A stretch of 64,000 nt of DNA from the NCBI GenBank assembly GCA_035519565.1, contig DATIWD010000066.1, positions 12,298 to 76,297 of the forward strand, written 5' to 3'. This DNA is from Gemmatimonadales bacterium (GTDB taxonomy: Bacteria > Gemmatimonadota > Gemmatimonadetes > Gemmatimonadales > GWC2-71-9). The notes under the pieces were generated by a model. That model was not told where the DNA came from. It made no database searches and saw nothing but the letters and a program-made list of their open reading frames with translations. The position numbers were made by a program, and so were the translations under genes. Shown here one piece after another: positions 17,198-26,303 of this stretch (its first letter is position 1; each line of letters opens with the position of its first letter).

Positions 17198-17258
17198 GAG
17201 CTGGGAGTTAGGAGCGGGCTCGGAGTTACTCCTGGCTCCCAGCTCCAAGCTCCCAGCC
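17179..17258. repeat. Intercistronic hairpin built from GCTAGGA/GCTGGGA heptamers and their complements
   Basis: Left arm is gctaggagctaggagctaggagctgggagttaggagc. The right arm is ggagttactcctggctcccagctccaagctcccagcc. The left arm includes the last codons and the TAG stop (17195-17197) of argF'. Confidence 0.8.
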
Positions 17259-17267
17259 AAATCGACC

Positions 17268-18212
17268 ATGACCACAATGACCATCGACACCAGCAAGGGC
17301 ATCGCGGGCCTCAAGGGCGCGCTCCGCTACGTGCGCGCCTACCGGGACCAGGTCTTCGTCGTGAAGCTCGGCGGAGACGTATTGGCGGATCCCGTGGCGC
17401 TCGACGCCGTGACCGCGCAGATCGCGCTCCTCTCCTCCCTGGGCATTCGCCTGGTGATCGTGCACGGAGGTGGCCCTCAGGCCACCGCCTTGAGTAAGCG
17501 ACTGGGGCAGGAGCCCAGGATGGTTGCCGGGCGGCGGGTCACCGACGACGGGGCGCTCGAAGTGGCCAAGATGGTGTACGCCGGAGTCCTCAACGTGGAC
17601 CTGCTCTCCGCCCTGCGTCGCCACCAGGTCCAGGCCGTGGGTCTGAGCGGCGTGGATGCCGACCTGATCACCGCCCATCGCCGGCCGCCGGTCCAGGTGG
17701 TTCACGACGGGGGCCAGACCACGACGGTCGATTTCGGCCACGTCGGGGATATCGATCGGGTGGATCCCCGGGTGCTCACCACGCTCCTGGAGTCGCGGTT
17801 CGTCCCGGTGGTGGCCAGTCTGGCGGGAGATCTCGAGGGGCGAGTCTACAACGTGAATGCCGATACGGTGGCGGAAGCGCTGGCCGTGGCCCTCCGGGCG
17901 ATGAAGCTGGTCTTCCTGACCGGGGCGCCCGGCGTCCTGCGGGACGTCAAGGATCCATCCAGCCTCGTGACCTTCGCCGATCCCGACGACCTGGCGGGCC
18001 TGATGGCCAGCGGAGCCCTGAGCGGTGGGATGCGGCCCAAGGTCGAGGCCTGCATTCGCGCCGCGACCAGCGGCGTCGAGCGCACCCACATCATCGACGG
18101 CCGCGCGCCGGACGCCCTCCTCCTCGAAGTGTTCACCGGGTCCGGCTGCGGGACCATGATTGTCGGGCGCAAGGAAAAGGCGACCTACCTTGGCGTTGAC
18201 CTGGCCACCTGA
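17268..18212 (+). CDS. argB: Acetylglutamate kinase
   Basis: Amino-acid kinase motifs VVKLGGDVL and VIVHGGGPQ; 314 aa. The antisense 410-aa ORF is R/G/P-rich and rejected. Confidence 0.9.
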   Translation: MTTMTIDTSKGIAGLKGALRYVRAYRDQVFVVKLGGDVLADPVALDAVTAQIALLSSLGIRLVIVHGGGPQATALSKRLGQEPRMVAGRRVTDDGALEVAKMVYAGVLNVDLLSALRRHQVQAVGLSGVDADLITAHRRPPVQVVHDGGQTTTVDFGHVGDIDRVDPRVLTTLLESRFVPVVASLAGDLEGRVYNVNADTVAEALAVALRAMKLVFLTGAPGVLRDVKDPSSLVTFADPDDLAGLMASGALSGGMRPKVEACIRAATSGVERTHIIDGRAPDALLLEVFTGSGCGTMIVGRKEKATYLGVDLAT

Positions 18213-19266
18213 GATCGAGCTCCTCCGGGAGCTGGTAGCGACCCCCTCGGTCAGTGGAGACGAGGAGGCCGTGGCCCGCCTCGTCGAATCGGCCGCTCGT
18301 GCCAGTGGGCTGGCGGTCACCCGGGACGAGTTCTCCGTCACGATCACGGTGCCGGGCAAGGGCCCGGGGCCCACGCTCGCGATGATCTCCCACCTCGACG
18401 TGGTTCCCGCCGGCGAGGGCTGGACCCGCGATCCGTTCCGGCCGTCGCTCGAAGGCAATCGGCTCTACGGGCGCGGCTCGGGAGACGCCAAAGCCTCGGT
18501 CGCCGCGATGGTGGGCGCGGCCGAAGACCTGCTCGAAGGGGGCGGTCCCGCTCGCGGGCGGCTGCTCGTCGTCCTGGGTTATGGCGAAGAGACCAAGCAC
18601 ACCACGATGCCCAAGGCCGTGGCCAGGGCCGGGACCATCGATGCCGCGGTGGTGGGCGAGCCGACCAATCTGAACTTCGCGATCGCGCAGCGCGGACTCA
18701 TGATGGTGGACCTGGTGGCCCACGGCGACCAGCGGCACGCCGGCTACGCCGGCGATGAGGGGCAGTTTGCCAACGCCATCACCGAGCTGGCCCGGGACCT
18801 GACTCGCTTGGGCACCTTGTTCCAGGGGCGAAAACACCCGATCCTTGGCCTCACCACCGTGACACCGACCATGATCGAGGGCGGCATCGGTCGCAACATC
18901 ACCCCACCCGTCGCCCAGGCGATCCTGGATGTGCGGAGTACGCCGTCGTGGACCCACGCCGAGCTGGCGGAGGAGATGCGACGGGTGCTGGGGTCCGAGG
19001 TGCGCATCGCCTCGGACCGGCTGATTCCGTGCGAGACCCCGGCCGGGTCCCGCCTGCTCGACCTGGCCACCCACATCCGGCCCGAGTCGAAGCGGTTCGG
19101 CAGCCCCACCTGTTCTGATTGGGTGTTCGTGCATCAGTGTGACGCCATCAAGTGCGGCCCCGGCACCAGCCGCCGGTCCCACACGCCGGACGAGTACGTC
19201 GATCTGCACGAAGTGAGCGAAGCCCGGACCTTCTTCCGCCAACTCGCGGAGCGTTATCTCGCATGA
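18160..19266 (+). CDS. argE: M20 family deacylase (ArgE-like; acetylornithine / N-acetylcitrulline deacetylase)
   Basis: Motifs LVATPSVSGDEE, ISHLDVVPAG, GRGSGDAKAS and GYGEETK. The start is uncertain: ATG 18160 overlaps argB by 53 nt, while in-frame TTG 18196 would overlap by 17 nt. Confidence 0.75.
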   Translation: MSGARKRRPTLALTWPPEIELLRELVATPSVSGDEEAVARLVESAARASGLAVTRDEFSVTITVPGKGPGPTLAMISHLDVVPAGEGWTRDPFRPSLEGNRLYGRGSGDAKASVAAMVGAAEDLLEGGGPARGRLLVVLGYGEETKHTTMPKAVARAGTIDAAVVGEPTNLNFAIAQRGLMMVDLVAHGDQRHAGYAGDEGQFANAITELARDLTRLGTLFQGRKHPILGLTTVTPTMIEGGIGRNITPPVAQAILDVRSTPSWTHAELAEEMRRVLGSEVRIASDRLIPCETPAGSRLLDLATHIRPESKRFGSPTCSDWVFVHQCDAIKCGPGTSRRSHTPDEYVDLHEVSEARTFFRQLAERYLA

Positions 19267-20702
19267 GGCCCAAATCCAAACGCCGTCGCTCGAAGCCCAA
19301 GTCGACAGCCCCCGCCTCCGTCCCCACCACGCTCTGGCAGCACGGCCATCCGATGGACGTGCAGATGCTCGACTACACCGCCGCCGAAGACCGGTTGCTC
19401 GACTCGAGGCTCCTGGCCTGGGACGTGCTCGGCAGCCTCGGCCACGTTGAGGGGTTGTGGGCCTCGAAGCTGCTGAGCCCATCCGAGCATCGCGAGCTTA
19501 AGGCCGGTCTCCGGAGCGCGCTCAAGGAGGTCGAGCTGGGCCGCCTGGTAGTTGGACCGGAGCACGAGGACGTGCACACCGCCGTCGAGGACTGGCTCAC
19601 CCGGCGGATCGGCCCCACCGGCGAGCGGCTGCACACCGGGCGGTCCCGCAACGATCAGGTGGCCTGCGATCTCCGCCTGTTTCTCAAGGACCGCTTGCTG
19701 TTGCTCCAGGGCGAGGCGCTCGACCTGGCGGAGAGCCTGCTCTCCTTCGCCGAGAAAAACCAGGATGCTCTCTGGCCCGGATACACCCATCAGCGGTTGG
19801 CGATGCCATCATCGGCGGGCCTGTGGGCCGGCGCTTTTGCCGAGGGGATTCTGGATACCGTGGAGGCGCTGCCGGCTCTCTATGGAAAGATCGATCGCTC
19901 TCCGCTCGGGAGTGCCGCTGGATACGGCGTGCCCTTGCCGCTCCGGCGGGAAGCCGCGGCGCGGGCCCTGGGCTTCGCGTCGGTCGAGCACAACGTGGCC
20001 TTGGTGCAGGCCGGGCGGGGGAAGCTGGAGGCCGCGGTGCTGTTCTGGTGTACCCAGCTGGGCCATGAGCTGGCCAAACTCTCGGCCGACATCATTCTCT
20101 TCAGTGGCGACGAATTCGGCTTCCTGATTCTCCCGGCCGATCTCGCCACCGGCTCGAGTCTCATGCCCCACAAGCGGAACCCCGATCTGTTCGAGCTTAC
20201 CAGGGGCCGGGCCGCGGCGCTGGAGGGAGACCTCATCACCATCCTTCAACTCAAGGGCAAACTCGCCAGCGGATATCACCGCGACTTCCAGCTGATCAAG
20301 GAGCCCTTGATGCGCGGCGTGGATCGGCTGGAAGGGATGCTCTCCATGATGGCCGTGGCGATCCCCCGCCTCTCGGTCGACCGGGCCGCCTGCCTTGCAC
20401 GGGTGAGCGGTGGTGCGCTCGCCACCGACGAAGTGATGCGACGCGTCGAGGGCGGCCAGGCCTTCCGGTCGGCGTATCGGGAAGTGGCCGCCGCCATTCG
20501 CGAGGGAGATTGGTGGCGGGAACCTTCGGCCGATGAAATCATGGGTCGCCGCCGTTCGATGGGCATGCCGGGCAACCTGGGACTGAACCTGGTCCGTACC
20601 AGGCTTCGGGCCAGTCGCCGCTGGGCGACGCAGGAGCAGCGGCGCTTCGACCGCGCCATGGCTCGGCTGGCGGGCAACGGTGCCGCGGGAGGCAACGGGT
20701 GA
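19263..20702 (+). CDS. argH: Argininosuccinate lyase
   Basis: Fumarate-lyase signature GSSLMPHKRNPD. ATG 19263 overlaps the argE stop (ATGA). The track ORF begins earlier (19152) inside argE. It has a basic 22-aa N-terminal extension (KSKRRRSKPKS). Confidence 0.88.
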   Translation: MRPKSKRRRSKPKSTAPASVPTTLWQHGHPMDVQMLDYTAAEDRLLDSRLLAWDVLGSLGHVEGLWASKLLSPSEHRELKAGLRSALKEVELGRLVVGPEHEDVHTAVEDWLTRRIGPTGERLHTGRSRNDQVACDLRLFLKDRLLLLQGEALDLAESLLSFAEKNQDALWPGYTHQRLAMPSSAGLWAGAFAEGILDTVEALPALYGKIDRSPLGSAAGYGVPLPLRREAAARALGFASVEHNVALVQAGRGKLEAAVLFWCTQLGHELAKLSADIILFSGDEFGFLILPADLATGSSLMPHKRNPDLFELTRGRAAALEGDLITILQLKGKLASGYHRDFQLIKEPLMRGVDRLEGMLSMMAVAIPRLSVDRAACLARVSGGALATDEVMRRVEGGQAFRSAYREVAAAIREGDWWREPSADEIMGRRRSMGMPGNLGLNLVRTRLRASRRWATQEQRRFDRAMARLAGNGAAGGNG

Positions 20703-21154
20703 CCGGCGATCGTCGCAAGCGGCAGCTCAAGATCCTCGAGCTGATCAGCACCCGGGCCATTCGGACCCAGGAAGAGCTGGCCGAGACGCTTGCGGCCGAG
20801 GGCTGGCCGGTCACCCAGTCGTCGGTGAGCCGGGACATCGCCGCCCTGCATCTGGTGAAGATGGGTGGCGCCTATCAGCGCCCCGCCCGGGCCATGGCCT
20901 CAGTGGAAAATCCTGATGAGCGGCGAATCGCCGACACGGTGCTCACCGTCGAGACGGCTGGCGAGGCGCTGGTGGTCCTGCACACTCCGCCCGGGGAAGC
21001 CAACCGGGTGGCCGTGGCGATCGATCGCCTGGCCTGGCCCGACGTGGTCGGCACCCTCGCGGGAGACGACACCATCTTCCTGGCGGTGCGAAACCGGGCG
21101 GCTCAGACCGCGGTGGTACGGCAGGTGCGGAAACTCACTCAGACCAAGAGCTAG
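20699..21154 (+). CDS. argR: Arginine repressor
   Basis: Winged-helix RTQEELAETLAAEGWPVTQSSVSRDIAAL. C-terminal arginine-binding motif GTLAGDDTIFL. The GTG start overlaps the argH stop. Confidence 0.88.
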   Translation: MTGDRRKRQLKILELISTRAIRTQEELAETLAAEGWPVTQSSVSRDIAALHLVKMGGAYQRPARAMASVENPDERRIADTVLTVETAGEALVVLHTPPGEANRVAVAIDRLAWPDVVGTLAGDDTIFLAVRNRAAQTAVVRQVRKLTQTKS

Positions 21155-21158
21155 ACCG

Positions 21159-21575
21159 ATGCCGAGCCCTCAGGCCTGGGGACTGGCCCTTGCGATGCTG
21201 GCAGTGGGGTGCAATCGCACCACCGCCAAGCTCACGCCCGAGCTGGAGGCCCGCTTTCAGCAGGAGCAGGTCCTTCATCGGGCCGACGATCAGGTCTTCC
21301 GCTACACCTACAGTGGCGGCAGGTGGGAGAATCGCGACGCCTCGATCATCGTGACCAAACAGAGCGTGTACATCCACAAGAACGAGAAGGTGGGCCTCGA
21401 CATCACGGGGACCAGCCGCCGTGCTTACGAGGTCCATCGGGATCATCAACGGGTGATCATCGCCGCTGGGAGCGGCCAATCGAGAATGAGCTGGTCGTTC
21501 GAGCCCCCCGATGGAGATGCGGACGGCTGGACCAAAGACATCAGGGCGGTGATGAACGCGGTGAGCGGAGACTAG
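21159..21575 (+). CDS. Small lipoprotein, function unknown
   Basis: ATG at 21159 lies 4 nt after the argR stop. Lipobox LAMLAVGC. 138 aa. The longer track ORF (20865) overlaps argR in another frame. Confidence 0.6.
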   Translation: MPSPQAWGLALAMLAVGCNRTTAKLTPELEARFQQEQVLHRADDQVFRYTYSGGRWENRDASIIVTKQSVYIHKNEKVGLDITGTSRRAYEVHRDHQRVIIAAGSGQSRMSWSFEPPDGDADGWTKDIRAVMNAVSGD

Positions 21576-21940
21576 GCCCTGTCCGGCGAGGGATCCTGCT
21601 TCGGGGGGATGGTGAGGTAAGGGGCGAGCCGTTCTTCCAGCACCATGATCAGCGCCGGTTCCAGCGGGTCGTAGATATCCGGAATCTCCAGGCACACAAT
21701 CTTCTTCTCGATCAGTAACTCCCCAAAGCGCTCCCACAGGGCGTCGGCGTGGTCCTGTTCCATCACGAAGATCCGGGTGGCCCAGCTCACCAGCTCCTCG
21801 CTCACCGGTACGCGGGCAGCGAAGCTGGTACCGGCCGAGCGGACATCATACTCGGCGCTCTCGAGGAACAGGTACTCGGCGGTGTAGCTCCGGCTGATGT
21901 TGTGGGTACAGACGAAGAGGACCTGCTCGCGCACCGTCAT
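21572..21940 (-). CDS. Low-molecular-weight phosphotyrosine phosphatase-like protein
   Basis: N-terminal VLFVCTHNISRS gives a C-X5-R-S phosphate-binding loop; 122 aa. Confidence 0.65.
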   Translation of the reverse strand: MTVREQVLFVCTHNISRSYTAEYLFLESAEYDVRSAGTSFAARVPVSEELVSWATRIFVMEQDHADALWERFGELLIEKKIVCLEIPDIYDPLEPALIMVLEERLAPYLTIPPKQDPSPDRA

Positions 21941-21962
21941 CGGGGCCGTTGGAAGTCGGTCA

Positions 21963-22778
21963 TCACCGCCTGGTCCGGGGCTTTCTCCCGACCACGTTCA
22001 CCACTGCCGGTGCGATCAGGATCGAGCTTGGATTCCGGGCCGCGGCCCGCCACCAACGCCGCAGTCGGATAGCCTGAGTCGGGGAGAAGGGAGGATGCTT
22101 CGCGTAGCGGTCCATCATGCCCAGGAAGAAGGTAGTCATCCAGTTCCAGGTGGGAGAGCCAGGGTGACCCATCTTGATGATCGGCTCGATCTGCTCGACT
22201 CGCAGTCCGGCGCGCCGGTATAGCGTCGGTAACGTTTCCGCCGGGCTCACATTCGCCCCTTGAGCCTCGAAGAACCGGCGCTCCGCCATGGCGAAGTTCT
22301 CCCACTCCGCCGGTTGAGGGATCATGGCGAAAGCCCCTCGATGATAATCCTGGAGCGCCAGCAGGCCGCCCGGCTTGAGCGCGCGCGCCAGCTTGCGCAG
22401 GTGCGCCGCCGGGTCAGGGAGAAAGAGAAACACCCAGCGCGCGAAGATCAGGTCGTAGTGGCGCCGGGGCAGGGGAGCTTCCCGGAGTCCGACAGTCCAG
22501 ATTTGCCCCTGGCCGTGTCCGTCTTTGCCGCAAAGGCGCCTGAGCCGCGTGGCGAAGACCGGTGAAGGCTCGACCGCATCGATCGGCCCCCGAGCCCTTC
22601 GCCGCAACTCCAGGTGCAGCGACCCCTGGCCCGGGCCGATCTCGAGCACCTTCCAGCCGGGCCGTATCCCTAGCCGGTCGAACAGGGCAAAGCTGTCGGG
22701 ATCCCAGAGTCGGGCCTGCACCCTGAGCCGAGCGGATTCGCGGCGGGAGTCCCCCAGGGCGTAGCGGTGGCGTCTCAT
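21963..22778 (-). CDS. Class I SAM-dependent methyltransferase
   Basis: SAM motif I VLEIGPGQGSL and motif post-I. I prefer the internal ATG (codon 29 of the track ORF, about 22778), which removes overlap with the next gene. Confidence 0.7.
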   Translation of the reverse strand: MRRHRYALGDSRRESARLRVQARLWDPDSFALFDRLGIRPGWKVLEIGPGQGSLHLELRRRARGPIDAVEPSPVFATRLRRLCGKDGHGQGQIWTVGLREAPLPRRHYDLIFARWVFLFLPDPAAHLRKLARALKPGGLLALQDYHRGAFAMIPQPAEWENFAMAERRFFEAQGANVSPAETLPTLYRRAGLRVEQIEPIIKMGHPGSPTWNWMTTFFLGMMDRYAKHPPFSPTQAIRLRRWWRAAARNPSSILIAPAVVNVVGRKPRTRR

Positions 22779-22834
22779 GCGCCTATGGTGCGATCGGCGA
22801 CCGTCTCTCCGCAATCCGATTCCTGCGATCGGAC

Positions 22835-24535
22835 TCAGGGATGCTGAACGCTCCCCTTCCACCCCGGCCCGCGTACCACCCGTCCCGGCTTGGCGCCGGT
22901 GTGCTCCCCGTCCTTGAGCACCTGCACGCCGTTGACGAACACATGCACCATCCCGGTCGTATACTGTCGCGGCTGATCGAAGGTGGCGTGATCCTGGATC
23001 TTCTCGGGATCGAAGATCGCGAGATCGGCGTAGTTGCCCACCTTGATGGTCCCGCGTTTGGCGATGCCGAGATTGGCAGCCGGCAATCCGGCCAGCTTGC
23101 GAATCGCCTCCGCCATCGGCATCAGCTTCTCGTCGCGGACGTACTTGGCCAGCACCCGTGAGAAGTTCCCGTAGGCGCGAGGATGCTGGTTATACCTGGT
23201 GAACACGCCTTCCGGTGCCGAGGACTCCTCGTCCGAGCCGAAGCTCACCCAGGGGAGCACCACCTGTCTCCGGATGTTGTCTTCCGACATCAGGAAATAG
23301 ATCGTCCCCACTCGGCTGTCGTCTCCCACCACCAGATCCATCGCGGTCTCTTCCGGGGACTTCCTCCGGATCTTGGCCACTTCGGTGAGCGTCTTGCCGG
23401 TGTACTTCTTGAGGGAGTCCGCCTTGAATCCGACCAGGAGGATGCGGTCCGGGGACCCGGCGCCCAGGAAGAGATTCTCCCATTGGTCGGTCGGGGTACT
23501 CATCTCCTTTTTCACCCGACGGCGAATCGCCGGGTCCTGGAGGCGCCTCCGCCACTCCTCGAGCCCTCCCTCCTGTACCCAGGGCGGCATCGCCGCGTCG
23601 AGGCCCGTGGCCCCAGCGGGATAGGTGTACATATCGGCGGTGATCCGGAGCCCGGCGCTCCGCGCCGAGTCGACCTTCTTGATCAGCTGGTCCAGCTTGG
23701 GCCAGTTGGGCTCGCCCGCAGCCTTGAGGTGATAGATCTCCGCCGGGAGCCCGGCCTCCTTGGCGATCCGGATCAGCTCGTCGGTTGCCTCCAGCAGGTG
23801 GTTACCCTCGCTCCGCATATGGGAGATGTACATCCCGTGGTACTGGGCGGCGACCTTGCACAGGGCGATCAGCTCGTCGGTCTTGGCGTAGAACGCCGGT
23901 GCGTAGATCAGGGAAGACCCCACCCCAAGGGCACCCTCTTCCATCGCCTCGTGGACCAGGAGCTTCATATGCTCCAGCTCGTCCGGCGTCGGGGGGCGAT
24001 CGGCAAAGCCGACCTCATGAACCCGCACGGTCGTGGCGCCGACGAACGAGGCCACGTTGGTGGAGATCCCCTTCGATACGATGAAGTCGAGATACTCGCC
24101 GAGGGTGGTCCAGGTGATCGGGTACTTGATGTCCGATTCCTGCTCCACCGCCAGCTGCTTCATCTCGTTGGTGAGCGGCCCCATCGACCACCCTTCGCCC
24201 ATGACCTCGAGCGTGACCCCCTGACGGATGTCACTCTGGGAGCGCCCATCGGCGATCAGGGCCTCCTGGGCCTGGCTCAGCATGTTGATGAACCCAGGTG
24301 CCACGGCCAGGCCTTGGGCATCGATTTCCTGAGTGCCGGTGGCTTTCCCCAGGTCCCCGATCGCGGCGATCGTGTCTCCGCGAATGGCGAGGTCGCCGGT
24401 GATCGGAGGACCGCCGGTCCCGTCATAAATGGTGCCGTGGCGGATGATGGTGTCGTAGTGCGGGCTGGAGCAGCCCGCGAGGATGAGGGCGATGACGACG
24501 ATCGCGGCAAGACCGGAAGACGGGCGACGATTCAT
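22835..24535 (-). CDS. Amidohydrolase-fold lipoprotein (N-acyl-D-amino-acid deacylase-like family)
   Basis: D-aminoacylase-like layout: GTIYDGTGGPP...IAAIGDL, YISHMRSEG, IYHLKAAG, SFGSDEE. Lipoprotein signal MNRRPSSGLAAIVVIALILAGC runs from ATG 24535. Confidence 0.7.
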   Translation of the reverse strand: MNRRPSSGLAAIVVIALILAGCSSPHYDTIIRHGTIYDGTGGPPITGDLAIRGDTIAAIGDLGKATGTQEIDAQGLAVAPGFINMLSQAQEALIADGRSQSDIRQGVTLEVMGEGWSMGPLTNEMKQLAVEQESDIKYPITWTTLGEYLDFIVSKGISTNVASFVGATTVRVHEVGFADRPPTPDELEHMKLLVHEAMEEGALGVGSSLIYAPAFYAKTDELIALCKVAAQYHGMYISHMRSEGNHLLEATDELIRIAKEAGLPAEIYHLKAAGEPNWPKLDQLIKKVDSARSAGLRITADMYTYPAGATGLDAAMPPWVQEGGLEEWRRRLQDPAIRRRVKKEMSTPTDQWENLFLGAGSPDRILLVGFKADSLKKYTGKTLTEVAKIRRKSPEETAMDLVVGDDSRVGTIYFLMSEDNIRRQVVLPWVSFGSDEESSAPEGVFTRYNQHPRAYGNFSRVLAKYVRDEKLMPMAEAIRKLAGLPAANLGIAKRGTIKVGNYADLAIFDPEKIQDHATFDQPRQYTTGMVHVFVNGVQVLKDGEHTGAKPGRVVRGPGWKGSVQHP

Positions 24536-24553
24536 TGGTCGATCCTGATCGGG

Positions 24554-24582
24554 TGGACGGCGGGACGGCCGAATGGTACAAT
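24554..24582 (+). promoter_or_regulatory. Candidate sigma-70 promoter with extended -10 (TGGACG-17-TGgTACAAT)
   Basis: -35 at 24554-24559 and TG-n-TACAAT at 24574-24582. RBS aaggaagg is at 24608-24615, then ATG 24621. Confidence 0.45.
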
Positions 24583-24620
24583 GGGCCGCAAGATCCCGAA
24601 ACCACCAAAGGAAGGAATGC

Positions 24621-25124
24621 ATGTCCATCAATGACGCCTTGCTGCCTGAGTTCGATCAGGAGATGGCTCGGACGCGCCGACTGCTGGAACGGGTCCCCGA
24701 CGAAAAGGCGGCTTGGACACCCCATGAGAAGTCCCGCAGTCTCGGGGCCCTCGCCTCGCACCTTGCGGATATCCCCGGTCGGATCGGGGGCAGCCTGAAC
24801 CAGGAGAGCCTCGATATGGCTCCAGCCGAGCGGAGGGAGCCGCCCCGTCCCTGGACCACTCGGGAGGAGGCGCTGGCCCGGTTTGACAAAGGGGTTGCGG
24901 CCGCGCGCGCGAACATGACCTCCAACGACGATGAATCCTATCGGCGCCCCTGGAGCCTCATGCGGACCGGTAAGGTGCTTTTCACCGTGCCCCGGACGGC
25001 CATGGTCCGCACCTTCGTTCTGAGCCACCTGATCCATCACCGCGGCCAGCTCACGGTCTATCTGCGCCTGGTCGGGGTCCCCCTGCCGTCCATCTACGGG
25101 CCTACCGCGGACGAAAGCATCTAA
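24621..25124 (+). CDS. DinB superfamily protein
   Basis: 167 aa from the ATG with a strong RBS. Four-helix DinB-like pattern (PDEKAAWTPHEKSRSLGALASHL...LSHLIHHRGQLTVYLR). Confidence 0.7.
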   Translation: MSINDALLPEFDQEMARTRRLLERVPDEKAAWTPHEKSRSLGALASHLADIPGRIGGSLNQESLDMAPAERREPPRPWTTREEALARFDKGVAAARANMTSNDDESYRRPWSLMRTGKVLFTVPRTAMVRTFVLSHLIHHRGQLTVYLRLVGVPLPSIYGPTADESI

Positions 25125-25128
25125 GAAA

Positions 25129-25199
25129 CAGTACTGAGTTCTGGGTACTGAGTTCTGAGTCACGTTCACCGAGTACCCAGTACCCAGTACTCGGTACTT
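25129..25199. repeat. Hairpin built from GTACTGA/GTACCCA-type short tandem repeats (terminator-like)
   Basis: Left arm cagtactgagttctgggtactgagttctgagtca, loop cgttc, right arm accgagtacccagtacccagtactcggtactt. It starts 5 nt after the DinB stop. Confidence 0.8.
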
Positions 25200-25226
25200 G
25201 ACACCATGATATTAGAGTGATATCAT
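25198..25226 (+). promoter_or_regulatory. Near-consensus sigma-70 promoter TTGACA-17-TATCAT
   Basis: TTGACA at 25198-25203, an exact 17-nt spacer, TATCAT at 25221-25226. GGAGGA is at 25242-25247 and the ATG at 25257. Confidence 0.55.
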
Positions 25227-25256
25227 AGAGCTATCACCAGCGGAGGATCGAGGCGT

Positions 25257-26126
25257 ATGGTACGCGAAGTCGAGCGTCGAGGCATTCCGGGCCTGCTGGC
25301 CCTGTTGCTCATTCTGGCGTTGATGTTTGTCGTCTCGGGGAAGCTGATCGAGAGCGCCGCCGCGAACGATCCCCGAAGCGTCGTGCTGTTCGCGCTGGTG
25401 TTCGGGGTTCTGGCCTTCTCGCTGCGCGGCCTCTTCGTGGTCAATCCCAACGAGGCGCGGGTGCTGACCCTGTTCGGGCGCTATGCCGGGACGGTGAAGA
25501 GCCCCGGGCTCTGGTGGACCAATCCGTTCATGTCCGGCATCAGGATTTCGCTTCGGGTCCGGAATTTCGAGACCGGCAAGCTCAAGGTGAACGACAGCAA
25601 CAGCAATCCGATCGAGATCGCGGCCGTCGTGGTCTGGCGGGTGGTGGACACCGCCGATGCCCTGTTTGAGGTCAACGACTACGAGAACTACGTGCACGTA
25701 CAGAGCGAGTCGGCGCTCCGCACCCTGGCCTCGAGTTACCCCTACGACGCCCACACGCCTGGGGAAGAGGCCCTGAGCACCCATACCCTCGAGGTCTCCA
25801 AGGGACTCCTGGCGCAGATCCAGGAGCGGCTCGGTAAGGCCGGGGTGCAGGTCACCGAGGCCCGGATCAGCCACCTGGCCTACGCCCCGGAGATCGCCTC
25901 CGCCATGCTCCAGCGGCAGCAGGCCAGTGCCGTCATCGCCGCCCGGCAGAAGATCGTCGAAGGCGCGGTGGGAATGGTGGAGATGGCCCTGCAGCAGCTC
26001 TCGGCCAGGCAGGTCGTGCAGCTCGACGACGAACGCAAAGCCGCCATGGTGAGCAACCTCCTGGTGGTCTTGTGCGCCGATCGCGCCACCCAGCCCGTGG
26101 TGAACACCGGAACGCTCTATCAGTAG
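25257..26126 (+). CDS. SPFH/band-7 (stomatin-prohibitin-like) membrane protein
   Basis: N-terminal TM segment followed by an SPFH core ([20 protein letters not shown]...[13 protein letters not shown]...). Confidence 0.8.
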   Translation: MVREVERRGIPGLLALLLILALMFVVSGKLIESAAANDPRSVVLFALVFGVLAFSLRGLFVVNPNEARVLTLFGRYAGTVKSPGLWWTNPFMSGIRISLRVRNFETGKLKVNDSNSNPIEIAAVVVWRVVDTADALFEVNDYENYVHVQSESALRTLASSYPYDAHTPGEEALSTHTLEVSKGLLAQIQERLGKAGVQVTEARISHLAYAPEIASAMLQRQQASAVIAARQKIVEGAVGMVEMALQQLSARQVVQLDDERKAAMVSNLLVVLCADRATQPVVNTGTLYQ

Positions 26127-26132
26127 CCGGCA

Positions 26133-26303
26133 ATGGCCGAGCGCAAGTCGTTCCTGCTTCGCATCGACCGGGCGGTGCTGGACCAGGTCCAGCGATGGGC
26201 CGACGCGGAGTTACGCAGCCTCAATGGGCAGATCGAATTCATTCTGAGGCGGGCTTTGCAGCAGGAAGGGAGACTCAAGAAGGCAGCCAGGGCCGAGGAC
26301 TGA
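26133..26303 (+). CDS. Small ribbon-helix-helix (Arc/MetJ-like) protein, not in the ORF track (<60 aa)
   Basis: ATG at 26133 lies 6 nt after the SPFH stop. It encodes MAERKSFLLRIDRAVLDQVQRWADAELRSLNGQIEFILRRALQQEGRLKKAARAED (56 aa), a beta-strand (FLLRI) plus two helices typical of RHH proteins. Confidence 0.6.
   Translation: MAERKSFLLRIDRAVLDQVQRWADAELRSLNGQIEFILRRALQQEGRLKKAARAED

Noticed and set aside
22835-24535. The amidohydrolase lacks the canonical HxH motif after beta-strand 1 (PGFINMLSQ instead of GFIDxHxH), which suggests a pseudoenzyme.
   Set aside because: The downstream ligand positions (HMRSE, YHLK, GSDE) are present. I recall this GFIxMLxQ variant as a widespread subfamily of D-aminoacylase-like proteins. 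This is not enough evidence for loss of function.
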